DNA of 64,000 nt. It comes from Paraphysomonas bandaiensis. Its lineage: Eukaryota; Protista; Chrysophyceae. The stretch lies in contig CBFFRP010000238.1 of the NCBI GenBank assembly GCA_965644295.1, positions 287,013 to 351,012 on the forward strand, written 5' to 3'. Both the position numbers and the translations under genes were made by a program. A model generated the notes under the pieces. It saw only the letters and a program-made list of their open reading frames with translations, had not been told where the DNA came from and did no database searches. Positions 50,485 to 63,500 of this stretch are shown here, one piece after another (the first letter of the stretch is position 1; every line of letters begins with the position of its first letter).

Positions 50485-53278
50485 TTAGGAAGATCTAACT
50501 CCTAGAGAAGATCTACCGGTAAATAGGTCTGGAGCCCCTTGTCTGACGACGGTACTTCTATCCATAATGGCTACGTAGTCGCACTTAAGGGCAGTCGACA
50601 GATGGCTAGTCGATACGATGACTGTTTGGTCCTGCCGCGTGATGGAACGAATATATTGAATCAAGCGCAATTCCTCAGTTTCAGTCATGTCGCGAGAAGG
50701 TTCCTCCATATACACAATATCTTTGTCAAAGTTAATAAGAAGTCTGCACAGAGCCAATTTCCGCAGAGATTCTACATCTTCCGTTACAGACATTTCAGAA
50801 ATATTATTGCTTAAATTACCTGTTGTGAGCATGTATCTTTCTATAGCGCGTTTATCAATAATTTCATTGGGCCCCAAAGGAAGGGCTGCCATCACCCATT
50901 GAGCCCCACTCACCACACAAGCACGCTTTTGATTTTCAGAGTCATCATGGGATTGAGGAACCCGGAACCCAGCCAGTGCACCTGCCGTTGTTAGGTCATA
51001 TATCTGACATTAACGTAAGAAATAGACACACCAGCTTTCACTGGAAGAGTTGGTTCAGCTATTCGCAAGTGAGATATACGGTCACGAAGATGCTTCGCGT
51101 TCCAGTCTGGCAGTGGTCTCCCGCGAATTCGCACTGCTCCTCTTTGAAGCGTGAGGTTCGATGCGTCGACAAGTAGATCCAACACCGAATTCTTTCCAGA
51201 GTAGGCATTCCCCAGAATTGCCGACACTTTACCAGCTGGAACAGCCATCGAGACATTCTGTATGAAAGTACAGTATTAAAATCTTCAAAACTCATACTCA
51301 TTCATACTAGTACATACACATACTGTAAGTGTCATTCTCATATATGGCCGACATGACAATAGCAATAGCCTCACCCTCAGTCTAACCCTTCCTCCTCCGA
51401 CTGCTGTCACACCATCCAGAATTATTCCACCCAAAGGATCAGGGCCGTCTGAGACATGTCCAATACTATCGTCGACACAATCTCGACCTTTCTCACCATA
51501 CATGAGTTGTGGGACCGCATCATAGACATGATACTTCATAGTAGATAATCTATATCGATCTTGTACATGTTGTAACCACAGGAATAAAGGAAACGCATGC
51601 AATACAACATTCGAAACTACGCCAACCTGTACAACAGACGATGGTCGCAGTCTAACTTCTGAATCAAAACCACCAAATATATTTTTGACTGATGATAACA
51701 CTGTGGGCTTGGATACGGTATCAATTGAGTCTATACAACCTACAGACAACGGGACAAAGCTCGCGATACGAAAACTAAAAACTAACATCAACACCGTAGT
51801 GGTTGCCAACATTCTTAACACCGTGAAACTATCTTGCCGAGACAATACGCTATAAGGAAGTATACTACGAAGTCTGCACCATAAGCCCTTCCGACGATGT
51901 ATAGCACTGCTCTTCAATGACCCATCCCGACTGTCAACAGATAGGCCACGGGCTAAAGCAGAATCAATATCACATATATCATGCCAGGTGCTGTAAATAC
52001 AAGTATCATTTATGTATCAGTGATCAAGACAGACACTTACTCGTCTACTGCATTGATATTAATACCACGAAAGCTACTCCGCTTTTCCCTATCTAAGAGG
52101 AAAATATCCACAACAAGAGAACCTAATGTTGCTGCAGCTAAATACAACGGAGATGTCCTTTCATGCCTCATCCTCCACGCAATCCCCAAATACACAGCAG
52201 ATGACAAAAACCTCAATATGATTCGTCCAACAACAAAAAGGTTTTCAGTCGCCGATTCACTTCTGGAACGCATTAGCTGCAGCTCTTGGCCAGGGAATGA
52301 TTCCGAGAGAAAACGTTTCTCCTGCTCAACGATATGCATCCTAGTGCTAATGACGTGAATTTTCTCCTGCAGGTACGGGACGACAAGAGTATCGAAAAGA
52401 CATTCTAGCCACAACATACTCAGTGCTAAAATGAGTGGAAACGACGCATGTTTGTGCAATTTTAAAATGCTCGATACTGAAAGTTTAATCATATCTAGCC
52501 ACTCTCGCCGGAGAGAAGAAAACGCACCCATCACTCGACTTACGCCATCGTAAAACTCCAACCATTGCTTATTTCTTAACAACGCGGACTTAAACAAAGG
52601 GAAAAGAGAAAATAAAGATGCTGTGAACTTTTTACGTGCATTTGATTCAGTTGGTACGTACAACGGCTGAAAAGATGCTCCCAGACCAGCAGAGCGTTCT
52701 GTGAACTCCACCAGTAACAAGACAAGTATCGGTCGGGCTAGGGCTTGAACAGTACGAATTGCAGACAAAACTAAAATTGCACACGCCTCCAAAATCCGAG
52801 CATTGCGTACCAGTTTACCCACATGTTTAGCTGCTTCATTCAGTCGGGAGGGAACAGGTGACTGCACGTCGCCCACTGCAATAGGTATTTGCGGTTTGGG
52901 ATATGCTAACACACTACGTTTTTCGGGAGGACAAAAACTATTAGAAGAAATGGATCGTGGAATTTGGGTCGACAGTGTCTGAGGACGCGAACTCTCACTT
53001 GTATTAACGTATGGCAACGAATCGGTGTTGTTACATCTGTCACTCTGATTGTATAAGGTCAATTTGGGAATAGGCTCACCAGTAACAGGATGACCCACTC
53101 TTTGTAATGTACGACAACTTGGAGAATTTCTAAAACCCAAGGCAATTTTCGGCATTCTAAAATTGGCTTTATTCAGAGTTGATTGAATTTTAGAAGTCAA
53201 CGATGGCACGCTTCCAGAAAATGCGGTAGAATCGTACTTCCTTTCGTTACGCTGCATACACGAATGTGATGTATGCAT
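50485..53278 (-). CDS. Divergent membrane protein with a degenerate ABC nucleotide-binding domain, about 4 exons
   Basis: Spliced NVSMAVPAGKVSAILGNAYSGKNS (Walker A-like), GAVRIRG..L, IVYMEEP (Walker B-like), TVIVSTSHLST...D.V..M; hydrophobic segments upstream. Confidence 0.65.
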
Positions 53279-54116
53279 CTACACTGAATTATTCATCACT
53301 TACATTTGTTACAGTGGGTAACTTCTCTAACTCGTTGAAATATGTTTTCATAGGGAAAAACCCGTTACTGATATTAGTGGCAGCTGGAACATCTATAGCC
53401 AATATCACTATCATATGCACCATTAGATCGACCTACCGTCAGAAAAATATCCCGCCGCCCACCACGCCTTCATTGTCGAATTAGAGAAGGGACCGAATAT
53501 GGTCCCTCGTGAGTCCTTGTAATACATGTGCTCTGAGGTGCAGAGAAGAGCCATGAGAGCAAAGAGAGAGGCCCCGAGACAAGGGCGATTTCGCATATTA
53601 CAGCGGTAGGCTCGTGTGGGCAGAAGAGTGAAAGAGTGCCGGGCTGTGGATTGATACCATTTCGAAATCGTTTATGACAATCACTCATGCAGATAGATGC
53701 ATTGCATACATGTACAGCGGTATCAGTATCTATGTTCCTCTACCGGAAGAGTATAAATTTAAACTCTCCGTACAACACTACCAACCAGTTCTGTTTTTGT
53801 CCATCCCAAAAAAATATTATGCCGACATTTGGCCTTCGAGTAATGGGACAAACAGGATCACACACCCGTGGAAATACAGTATCTTGCACTGTACCGTATA
53901 CCGTATAGTGGTGGTTTTGATATACAGAATTCGTGTATGGAAAAAAATCATTGAAATGGTGCGTGTTTATGTGCCGTAGTTCGGAATCATGATTATAACA
54001 CAACCACATGGAGATTAGAAGTCCATATTCCGCTGCACTGTATAGTGAGTTGTCTATATATAATGATCATACCCGTTTTGTTATATTCTACATCTGGATA
54101 CTAGGAAAGGTGCAGA

Positions 54117-55457
54117 ATGACAAGCTCGGAAACATCCCATATGGGAGAAAATTGGATAAGATGGTTCTGTGGCCTGCCTGGAAACCACGTGTTCGCAGAA
54201 GTCGATAAATCATTTATCGAAGATGCTTTTAATATATTTGGTTTAAAACAGTATGTTTTGAATGATTATTCGATAGCCATGTGCCTCATTCTCGACAAAA
54301 AAAGTAAGCTGCTGTCTATAGTGTTGATTTGATTTATGTGTTTTGTCAGCTCCTCCGCTCGACCCTTACGCCGAATTAGGTTATAATAAATCGGCAGCTT
54401 TATTATATGGCATGATTCATGCTCGTTATATATGCACGTTACGTGGTCTAGAAGCCATGGTACGTGGGAATCTTCGCCTGTTTCGTTCTTCACTTTGTTT
54501 GCAGAAAAGAAAATACCTGGAAGGTTATTTTGGAACTTGTCCACGACTCTTGTGCCATGGCCAAAAAGTCATACCGGTAAATACTTCTCATCAGCAGTAT
54601 TCCGTATTTTACTGTTCTATTTCAGATGGGTATGACGGATTTACCTCATCTTGATTGTATGAAGCTCTACTGTCCGAGTTGTCAAGATGTATACTCGTGT
54701 TTGCAATCGCAGAGCCGTAAGTATTACTCCATGAAATTATTCTTATTGGTGTCATGTTAGCGTTTATTCTATATTTGCTCTTCTATTTTTCTTGTTGTTC
54801 TTCGTCAATTCAATATTTTTAGATATTGACGCGGCCTGTTTCGGACCGACTTTTCCACACATGTTTTTTATGACTTTTGAGAACCTGGTACCTGAGGGAT
54901 CCAAAGAAGTGTACGTCCCAAAGATGTACGGATTTAGAGTCCATTCTTCGAGTCCGAGTCTTGCAAGGGCATGTACGTATTTTGTCGAGTCTGCACACTA
55001 ATGTACAATTTGTATATCTCTGCTGCACATGAATGTAGGCTGTATTTGTAATAGTTTTGCCCCAGGTGCTGTTCGAACGACGAATATTCCACCACGGCAT
55101 TCCCATCTGAATTCATCTAGAGTTAGCGTAGATCTTACTTCCTCCACCAATCCTCCACCCAGCGGAGCACAATGGACTGGAGGGCGGGCAAACGGCGGGG
55201 CGCAGGGCAGTGTATCCCAGTCGGACACTGGAGGTAGCTCCTCCCGCACCCGCAAAGGAGTAAAACGTGATCGTTCAGGGCAAGATGGTACTCAAGAGAA
55301 GGAGTGCAATCATAACGCAGCTGAAATGAAGCAGGATATAGGAGAAGATGTAAACAATCATGCAGACAATGGACCGGATGCAAAGCGCAGCAATAATTCA
55401 GCAGATCTAGCAAGTAGCGGTTTCATAAATGAGAACAAACCGCCAAAGCACGGTTAG
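54117..55457 (+). CDS. CKB: Casein kinase II regulatory (beta) subunit, multi-exon
   Basis: WI.WFC...GN..F.EVD..FIED.FN..GL; LYGMIHARYI; FG.CPR..C; YCP.C.DVY; D.A.FG.TFPHMF; YVPK.YGFRVH. Confidence 0.95.
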
Positions 55458-55785
55458 CTCCTTAAAATGCATTAGACAAGTATCATATAGTAGGAGTCTC
55501 GCCGTGAAGAGAGATCGATATTATTTTGCTAGTTTTTCTTTTGTTCAACGGACAGCACGAAGTATGTTTTACATTTATCTAAATTTGCATGTGAAACTAC
55601 TATCGTAGATCATAGGGTTAGTTGTAGTAGCGAGTGGACAGATTCAGGCCTATATTAATATAGTCTCCCAATTTTGTCTCGAAAAGAGTTTTTTTTAACC
55701 TGAATTGGGTTCAACAAAACGCTCAAATGAGCACCGGGCTAATATAGATTATATAGATATACCACTAATAAAGAATTGATCTTAG

Positions 55786-56054
55786 TGATGGTAAAACAAT
55801 GTTGTGATTATTAGAACGTAAGCGATAAACACAGTAAAGTGAGAAATGTAAATAACAATATAATGCATAACTATCATACACAACGGAATAGTTAGCAGTG
55901 TAACTGATAATGACGATCGTTATGATGACGATCGTTATGATGACGATCATGTATCTTCAACAGCTACTCTCTCTAATTCAGTTCATGATATATATTTCAT
56001 TGAACATTATATCTCGCAGATACTATCTTATTTATATTAAGCTGAATCCTAATA
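55786..56054 (-). repeat. Second, diverged Copia LTR with its own PPT
   Basis: Homologous to 56155-56400; preceded on the - strand by GAGGGGGCG and part of the 3' UTR. Confidence 0.8.
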
Positions 56055-56154
56055 CGCCCCCTCAATGAAATAATAGAGGGGAGTAAAATAAAATATGAAA
56101 TAATAAACTATACACACTGATGAGAGTAAAACACAGAGAAATAAGATTTAAGCT

Positions 56155-56400
56155 TATTAGTAAAACAATGTTGTGATTATTAGAGTGTAAGTAATGAACA
56201 CGATAGAGTGAAAATTATGAATAACAATATAGAACGTACTATCATGCACAACGGAATAGTTAGAAGTGTAACTGATAATGACGACGTTATGATGACGATC
56301 ACGTATCTTCGACAGATACTCTCTCTAATTCAGTTCATGGTATATTTCATTGAACATTATAACTCACAGATACAACCATGTATTAAGCTGAATCCTAATA
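56155..56400 (-). repeat. 3' LTR of the Copia element
   Basis: Follows PPT GAGGGGGCG (56401-56409); termini TATTAG...CTAATA. Confidence 0.8.
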
Positions 56401-56600
56401 CGCCCCCTCAATGAAATAATCAGTGAATCGTAGATAATAGAGAGAATATGAACTTATGCACACTGAGAGTAAAAACCAGAGTAGCAGTCACTAGTCAATA
56501 ATAAGCGAACTGCAGAGATGCCATATTGTGAGACCATCCTTCTAGTCCAGCATCATGTATTGAATAAAAGTAAAAAAAAATGGTAAAAACTCCGTGTAAC

Positions 56601-59307
56601 TCAAACTAGCCACCTAGGTCGCTTGTGGCTTGTTAATTGTGATTTAGGTGTCTCTGAGGTTGTTGATCGTTTCCTGTTGCTGCTGGATGGGATGTCGAAC
56701 CCAGCTCCCCCCATCAATGTAGTTCGCAATTGAAGAAAATTAGTTGTTCCTAGTGGTTTCGTGAGAAGATCGGCTAACATTGACGTGGTGGGAATATGGT
56801 CAACAGTCAATTGGTTTTCGGCAATATTTTCTCGAATGAAATGATACCGTATCGCAATATGTTTCGTACGACGATGATGAGTAGGATTGTAACATAATTG
56901 GACTGCCCCTTTATTATCGCACCAAATGGTTGTTGAGAATGGAAGTTTGAAACCAATTTCTGATAATAAGGAGCGTAGCCATAATGCTTCCTGAGCTGCT
57001 GACGATAGAGCCATATACTCAGCTTCAGTAGATGACAATGCCACAGTTGTCTGTAATCGAGATTGCCATGATATAAGACAATTACCTATGAAGAATGTAA
57101 AGGCTGTAGTGGACCGTCGAGTGAGGTGACACCGTGCCCAATCGCTATCGCAGTATCCTGACAATGTTATGTGGGATCCAGAATATATCTATCCTTGCTT
57201 AGCAGTGCCATTGAGATACCTAAGAACATGTAACGCAGCATTACAGGTAGTTAGATTAGGCATATCAGAAAATCTGGCAAGAGTATTGACTGCATAGGCG
57301 ATATCCGGTCGAGTGCATACAGCTAGATACATTAGGGAACCTATGAGCTCCTTGTAGGGGAAATTCTGAACATAACTTTGATTTGACTCTGAAAGATGAT
57401 TGTATTCATGTAAATCATAGTTGAAAGACAGTAACATAGGTGTTGACATGGGTTTACTGTTGGACATGTTGAATTTGTCCAGTAGCTTTCTGACGTACTG
57501 CTCCTGACTGAGAGTCGTGATATTTTTGTCAAAGTCTTGATGAATGGAGATGCCCAAGTAATAATCTAGGAGTCCGAGATCCGTAATTTCGAACTTTTTG
57601 GATAAATGGTCTTTGAATTGTTGGATATCAGTGTCGGATGTAGATGCTATAATAATATCATCCACATACATGGCTATTAGCATAATCCTGCCATTAATCT
57701 GCTTTTTGAATATACACGGGTCAGATATTAGTCTGGTGAAACCCATATCTAGCATAAAATTTGTACAGCACTTATACCAGTTAAGAGGTCACCTGCTTGC
57801 TTTAGACCGTAGATGCTTTTCATCAGTTTGAGGACTTTTCCGTCAGGGACGTCCATGCCAGGAGGGGGATTCATGTATATGTCCTCTTCGAAGTCAGCAT
57901 TGATGTACGCAGTTGTGAAATCGATTTGGTGCAATTTGAGTTTCATAATAGTCGAAAGGGCAATAATTGTACGTAGTGATGTAGCCTTTGCGACGGGGCT
58001 GTATGTATCATTGTAATCGATGCCTTGGATTTGAGTAAAACCCTGTGCGACTAGTCGAGCCTTGAATTTGATATCATTCTGTTTTCTTTTTATTTTGAAT
58101 ATGAGTTTCCCCTTTATGGCTCTTGCTCCAGGTGGTAACGCAGTGTATCTCCAGCACCCTTTCCTCTGAAGAGTGGATATTTCTCTATTGATAGCATCGA
58201 TCCACTGCTGTTTATATTTACCTGAAATAGCATCTTGAACACTCTTTGGTGTATCGGTTAGCTCGTCAATGTCATCGTAATTACTGATAGCATGCATAAC
58301 AATATCAATATTGTTTGTATGTAATTTTGATATACATTGTGTGTCATGTGCCATATGATTTACTACATGTTTAGCATTTACATCACATGTATATACACCA
58401 TCACCTAGTTTGTGTATATTTACAATTACCCGTTTCCTGGCCATTCTCCTGCTTCGGAGAACACTCTTTCTACCAGCTAAAAATTGTTGTTTTGCTGTAG
58501 CACGAACCTTACTTGGCCCTTCAGGTGTACCCTGATTTTCCCAATCTCCCGATGAATCAGCAGGCTTGTTACAGCGTTTGGCCACACGCTGACGCACACG
58601 ATCCACTTGACCGTGTGGTGCCGGATTCGGCACTAGATTCCCATTGAATTGTTTCGAAGGGCGAGTCTTCGCTATCTTTGCATCGGAGTGGGTAGGTTCA
58701 CACCGATGGCTGCTGATTCTCTCCTGCGCGGCATCATGATGTCTGAGATTCACGCCACTCCCCCTGGAAGTAGCGGCTGGCGCTGGAGATCCATTAACTG
58801 TATCGGGGTCTCGATCTGATTTGCTGGATTTATGTATTGGGGTTTTCGATCGAGACGTATTACATTTGAGACCAACTGCTTTGAGTTCTATGTATTCTTC
58901 AGTGTACTTTTCGACGTCTGCAGCATGAATGGGGTCGTCGAGCTGGATGATTCGTGTAGTGTCACCGCTGTCGTCCACTAGACCACGATATGCTGCGATT
59001 AATCCTTTTCTGAGCTTTATTTGAGTCGTTACATATGTTAATCCATCGTCTGGATCTACATGAGCTAGACCTATGAGATATTTGAAACTTTCTACTGTCC
59101 TGGAGGTCTCATTCTCTCTGAAGATCTCATTTATCTCTTTAAAATATCTCTTATCCGCTGGTGGAACGCATTCGTTGAAAAATACATGTCCTGATATAAC
59201 AAAATCTCTTAATGCGGGAACAAAGACTATATATCCAGGACCATCCTCTCGATAGCCCATAAAATACCCAGGCCAGCTATGTCTGTCCCAGTTGTTCTTT
59301 CGGAGAC
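56601..59307 (-). mobile_element. Ty1/Copia pol (integrase C-terminus, RT, RNase H), disabled
   Basis: FKARLVAQGF.Q, DFTTAY, SIYGLKQAG, YVDD, DSDWA, STEAEY, ADLLTKPL. Frameshift at about 57788; in-frame TAG at 57189-57191; cut by the Gypsy LTR at 59308. Confidence 0.97.
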
Positions 59308-60498
59308 TGTATGAACAACTCAGGTCTTGCAACCTAAGATCACTGAAAAGATATGAAATGGTTGTTTATCGAAACAACAAAACAGAATGCTATAATAATA
59401 ACTCTTTAAGAAACCAACAGCCAGAAACACAAGCTCCCCTGTATCCTGCAATCTAAAGCTCCCAATAGACAGATCAGTCAACCAACTATGTTAATTTCAT
59501 AGAGAATTATTATTAAAACTAAGTTACAAGCGAAACAAAAGACAGACCCCTAGTCTAAAGACTCCTCCTCATACACAGGACATTGAATGCAACCACAACC
59601 GTACAATATGCTCATACATGTACTACACTACATACGATTCATATCCTACATCGTTTATAGTCAAAAACGCCCTGAAATACGCCTAAATAGGTCCTTTCCA
59701 AAAACTCCGATTTTTGAGTCCCAAAACCCCAAAAATCCCCAATTTTTGAGAATTGCAGAAAATCGCCGATTTTCGAGCCACAAACACCCAAAATGACAAT
59801 ATTCGAATCCACAAAAATTGCAAGCACATTTCATGACAACGTGAAATACACAATCGCCAACTCATGCATAATACCGACAAAATGCAATCGGGTTCAAAAG
59901 CTTACAATCGAACGGTTAAATATCATTTCCTTGCAAGAGTGTGTACTTTAGACTGGACCATACAAATACACTCATATTCAGATCACTAACATGCCCATGA
60001 CACCTCTGCATCTGCGTCCAATGGCACCTTACGAATTCCTCCCCATTCCGGAGAAAATCGATGGTGTGTGGCAATGGAAAAATAATCGTATATCATAGTC
60101 CGGAACGATGAGCAAGCACATAGAGCTGTTCAAAACCATCAGAAAGCTTCTCATAATGATGAATGGACTACGAATATCGCACATGCGGTACCAATCAATG
60201 CTTCCTAACTCAAAACGCTATGACACCGACTACCGTATGGATATAGGCGTAAACCGACGGGTAGCAATCGCGTAGATCAAAGAAAACGTGTGTTCGAGGG
60301 TAAATCCTAGTTGTCTGTCGTCTTGCCCTCGTAATAATAATCTGTATCTCTTGTTGTCACCAATCTTATACAAAACAAGCTACATATACCCTACATATTA
60401 TGTTATCATATCGTTATTGCATTAATATAGTTATCAATATTATTATGATGATGTCATTAAACGTGTTAAAGGGTGTTATAAAAGCCCACGGCTTTACA
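59308..60498 (-). repeat. 3' LTR (about 1.19 kb) of the Gypsy element inserted in Copia
   Basis: On the - strand, PPT G8AGAAAGGG then TGTAAAG...TCATACA (TG..CA); the Copia-like frame resumes right after. Confidence 0.8.
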
Positions 60499-60528
60499 TT
60501 ACCCTTTCTCCCCCCCCGGATGCCGTAG

Positions 60529-63500
60529 CTACTCCTGAATAATTTTGGGATAAGCCGCAGCGAGCGACGCATCAACCAAAATCATGCGAGCAGGGTCAAA
60601 ATCCTTCTGGGACCCCCAACAATAGACCAAATAGTTGTCGAAGGCATAGTTGGAACCGTTGAGATTAAAACGGGCGCTAATCTTGCGTTTGGAATTCTTG
60701 TGATACCAATGGGTGTACGTGAATTCCATGACATACGCGGCCGTGGCATAATCCGGTAAACCAAGACTCTCGTACCACAGGTCACCATAGAACCTGAGGT
60801 CAACATAGACAGTATCTCCAACCGAAACTGTTGTGATATTCTCCTTCCTCATTGAAGAGATAAAACGCTTCGCCGTAAACGAGTCGTACGCGAGGTGTCG
60901 CAAGTAAGGCCTAGACTCACAAAAATCGTAATATGCCTCACACTGAATATCCGGTGTCCATGGAATGTCCAAGATATCGCCGTCCGCATACTTCACCTTG
61001 AAGACCATCGTAGATTTGGTTCGTGAATCTCCCGTATATGAAAGAATTTCCTCCACCTTAAATTGTTCATGGTCTCGCATCGCCGCCTCAATAGCCGATT
61101 CCTTATCTCCGAAAAATGGCTCAAGATCAGAGACAGAGTATTCCCGAATTCCCCCGGTAAGAAGATTTCGAATTTGAACATCATTCTTGTATTGCCGTAC
61201 CACTTCGAAAGGACCCTTCATCCTCGAGGATAATTTCGGATGTGGTTTAGCACCAGCGTCGAACATAACAAAATCGCCTGGACAATACTGGTTTTGTTTG
61301 GCAGGATCCAAACCCGCTTCCGCTCGTTTCTCAACTAGAGACTTCTGGTAATCTGCTGATATCTGGCGAACTAGAGCTAAGTAATCGTTCAGCCTTTTCA
61401 ACAGCTGATGAGACGGATCATTGTCTCTCCCCTGGGCGGCCAGAAGATTCTTATAAATGGAATCCTGGGACCCAAACGTCAGTTCGAATGCAGAATACCC
61501 CGTCTCACTACTCTCGTGGGTATTCAGAATGAACATGATAGAAGCAAGTAACAGTTCGTCCTCTAAAACAGCATCAGCTTCGATTCTCTTATCAAAACAA
61601 ATAGCCCGGATGTGACGAACCACTTCCTTAATAATACGCTCACATCCGTTGACGTGCCTGTTGGCAATACTAAAAACATGACGAAGTCCTGACAACTTAA
61701 CCAGTTCTGCAAAAAGTTCTGATTTGAGATCAGGACCCATATCTGATATAATCATATCCGTGAGCCCGTATGTACACCAGCACTTCCACACTGCTGTAGC
61801 TAAATTGATAGCTGTCATTCCTTTCACCGCATATAGGTACACCAATTTCGTAAACAAATTAACCATGACCACAATATGCGTGTAACCAGATTTTGAAACA
61901 GGTGTAATAGCAACCGCGTCAATTCCCAAAGCACTCCTGGAATGAGGCGGTTTTAAATGTCTAGTAATAGGAATCAATCGCTGCTTCAGCTCTCGCCTAT
62001 TCTTCTGACAGTTGATACATTCGTCCACGAAGTCTGCAACCACCTTGAAAGGCACGCCGTGTCCCGGAAATTGCTTACACAGACGCTTCCACGTCTCTTT
62101 CGCACCCCAGTGTCCTGCTTGCGCGTTGTGAACCTCTTTGATAGCCTGATAATAATCTATCCTCTGTACCTCCGTAGGCGGCGCGATCTCTTGAACGTCG
62201 TCCTCAAAATCGTCTTTTTCAAAGATGTTATGCAGTGTCACGAAGTTCACTTCATCTGAGTCGAAATCGTCACTTTCGTCCACAAATCCGGACAAATACA
62301 GCAATCTTGACAAGCAATCCGCAACCACATTGTTCTTCCCTGGGATATGACGAATCAAAAAATCAAAATCCTGCAAATAAATTCTCCATCGAATTATCTT
62401 CGCAACTTCTGATGCCTCCATCCACACAAGGTTGTTGTGGTCCGTCTCGATTGTAAATTTCTTTCCTCTCAGATAAAACGAAAATTTCTTGACTGAATAG
62501 AATATACCAAAACCCTCCTTCTCAATAGTACACCACCTCAAGGCTTGCTCTGACAATTTCTTGGAACAGATAGCAATAGTTTGCTGTTGAATCGGACTAG
62601 ACCCAGTTCCCTCAACAGTCTGGAAAAGAATGCCTGCCACTCCATAGTCACTAGCATCTGTCCTAAGTGTCCACTCAAGATCATAATTCGGATAAAACAA
62701 AGCACAAGACTGTTGCAAACCACTCTTATAGTTTTCAAACTCCTGCCTATAATCGTGCTGCCATGTCGTTTCTTCCCAATTAAAACTACTCTTAGTCATA
62801 TCCGTAAGATGTTTAACCAAATCTGAGTAATTCTGAACAAATGGAGCAAAGAATACTCCCAGACCCAACAAAGATCTAATCTTCTTACATCTATTTCCAT
62901 TCTCTGGAAAAGGAATCTTCAATAAAGCCTCTTTCCTATCGTCCGTGAGCTCGAAACTATTGTGCCTTACCAAATAGCCAAAAAACTTGATCTCCCTAAA
63001 TCCTAACCAGGTCTTTGCAAATTTCAACACAACTCCATGTTCAATGCATCTATCCAGGAAAATCTCCAGCTTCTTATACGCATCATCAAAATCATGTGCC
63101 AATAACAGAACATTATCAAATATACACAGCGCCCATTCCAGATCTCCAAACAATTTGACTACCGCTTCTTGCAACACACTAATCCCTGGAGACACTCCCT
63201 CCGGAAGGAATAAAGGCTGAAATTGGCCCCACGGTGTTTGAACTGACAATTTTTCAGATGTGTTCTCATGCAACCTGATCTGATGGAACGCATTCGTGAG
63301 GTCAATGTCCATAAATATCTTATAGCCAATAATACGATCCAACTCATGTCTTACATTAGGAACTGTATAGTGTGGACTTGGAATGTACTTGTTGATTTGC
63401 ACGTAATCCCCACAAATCCTAATAAAAGGTTTCGTGGCTTTTGGCGCGATCACCAAACAAGAAGCCCATGGCGACCTACTAGGAACATAGATGTAACCAC

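Noticed and set aside
57189-57191. TAG as programmed readthrough in Copia pol
   Set aside because: It sits where a hydrophobic residue is expected (TTG>TAG plausible) in an already frameshifted and interrupted copy; Copia recoding occurs at gag-pol, not here.
59308-59332. N-terminus MQDLSCSY of ORF 57749-59332
   Set aside because: These codons come from the Gypsy LTR, not from Copia.
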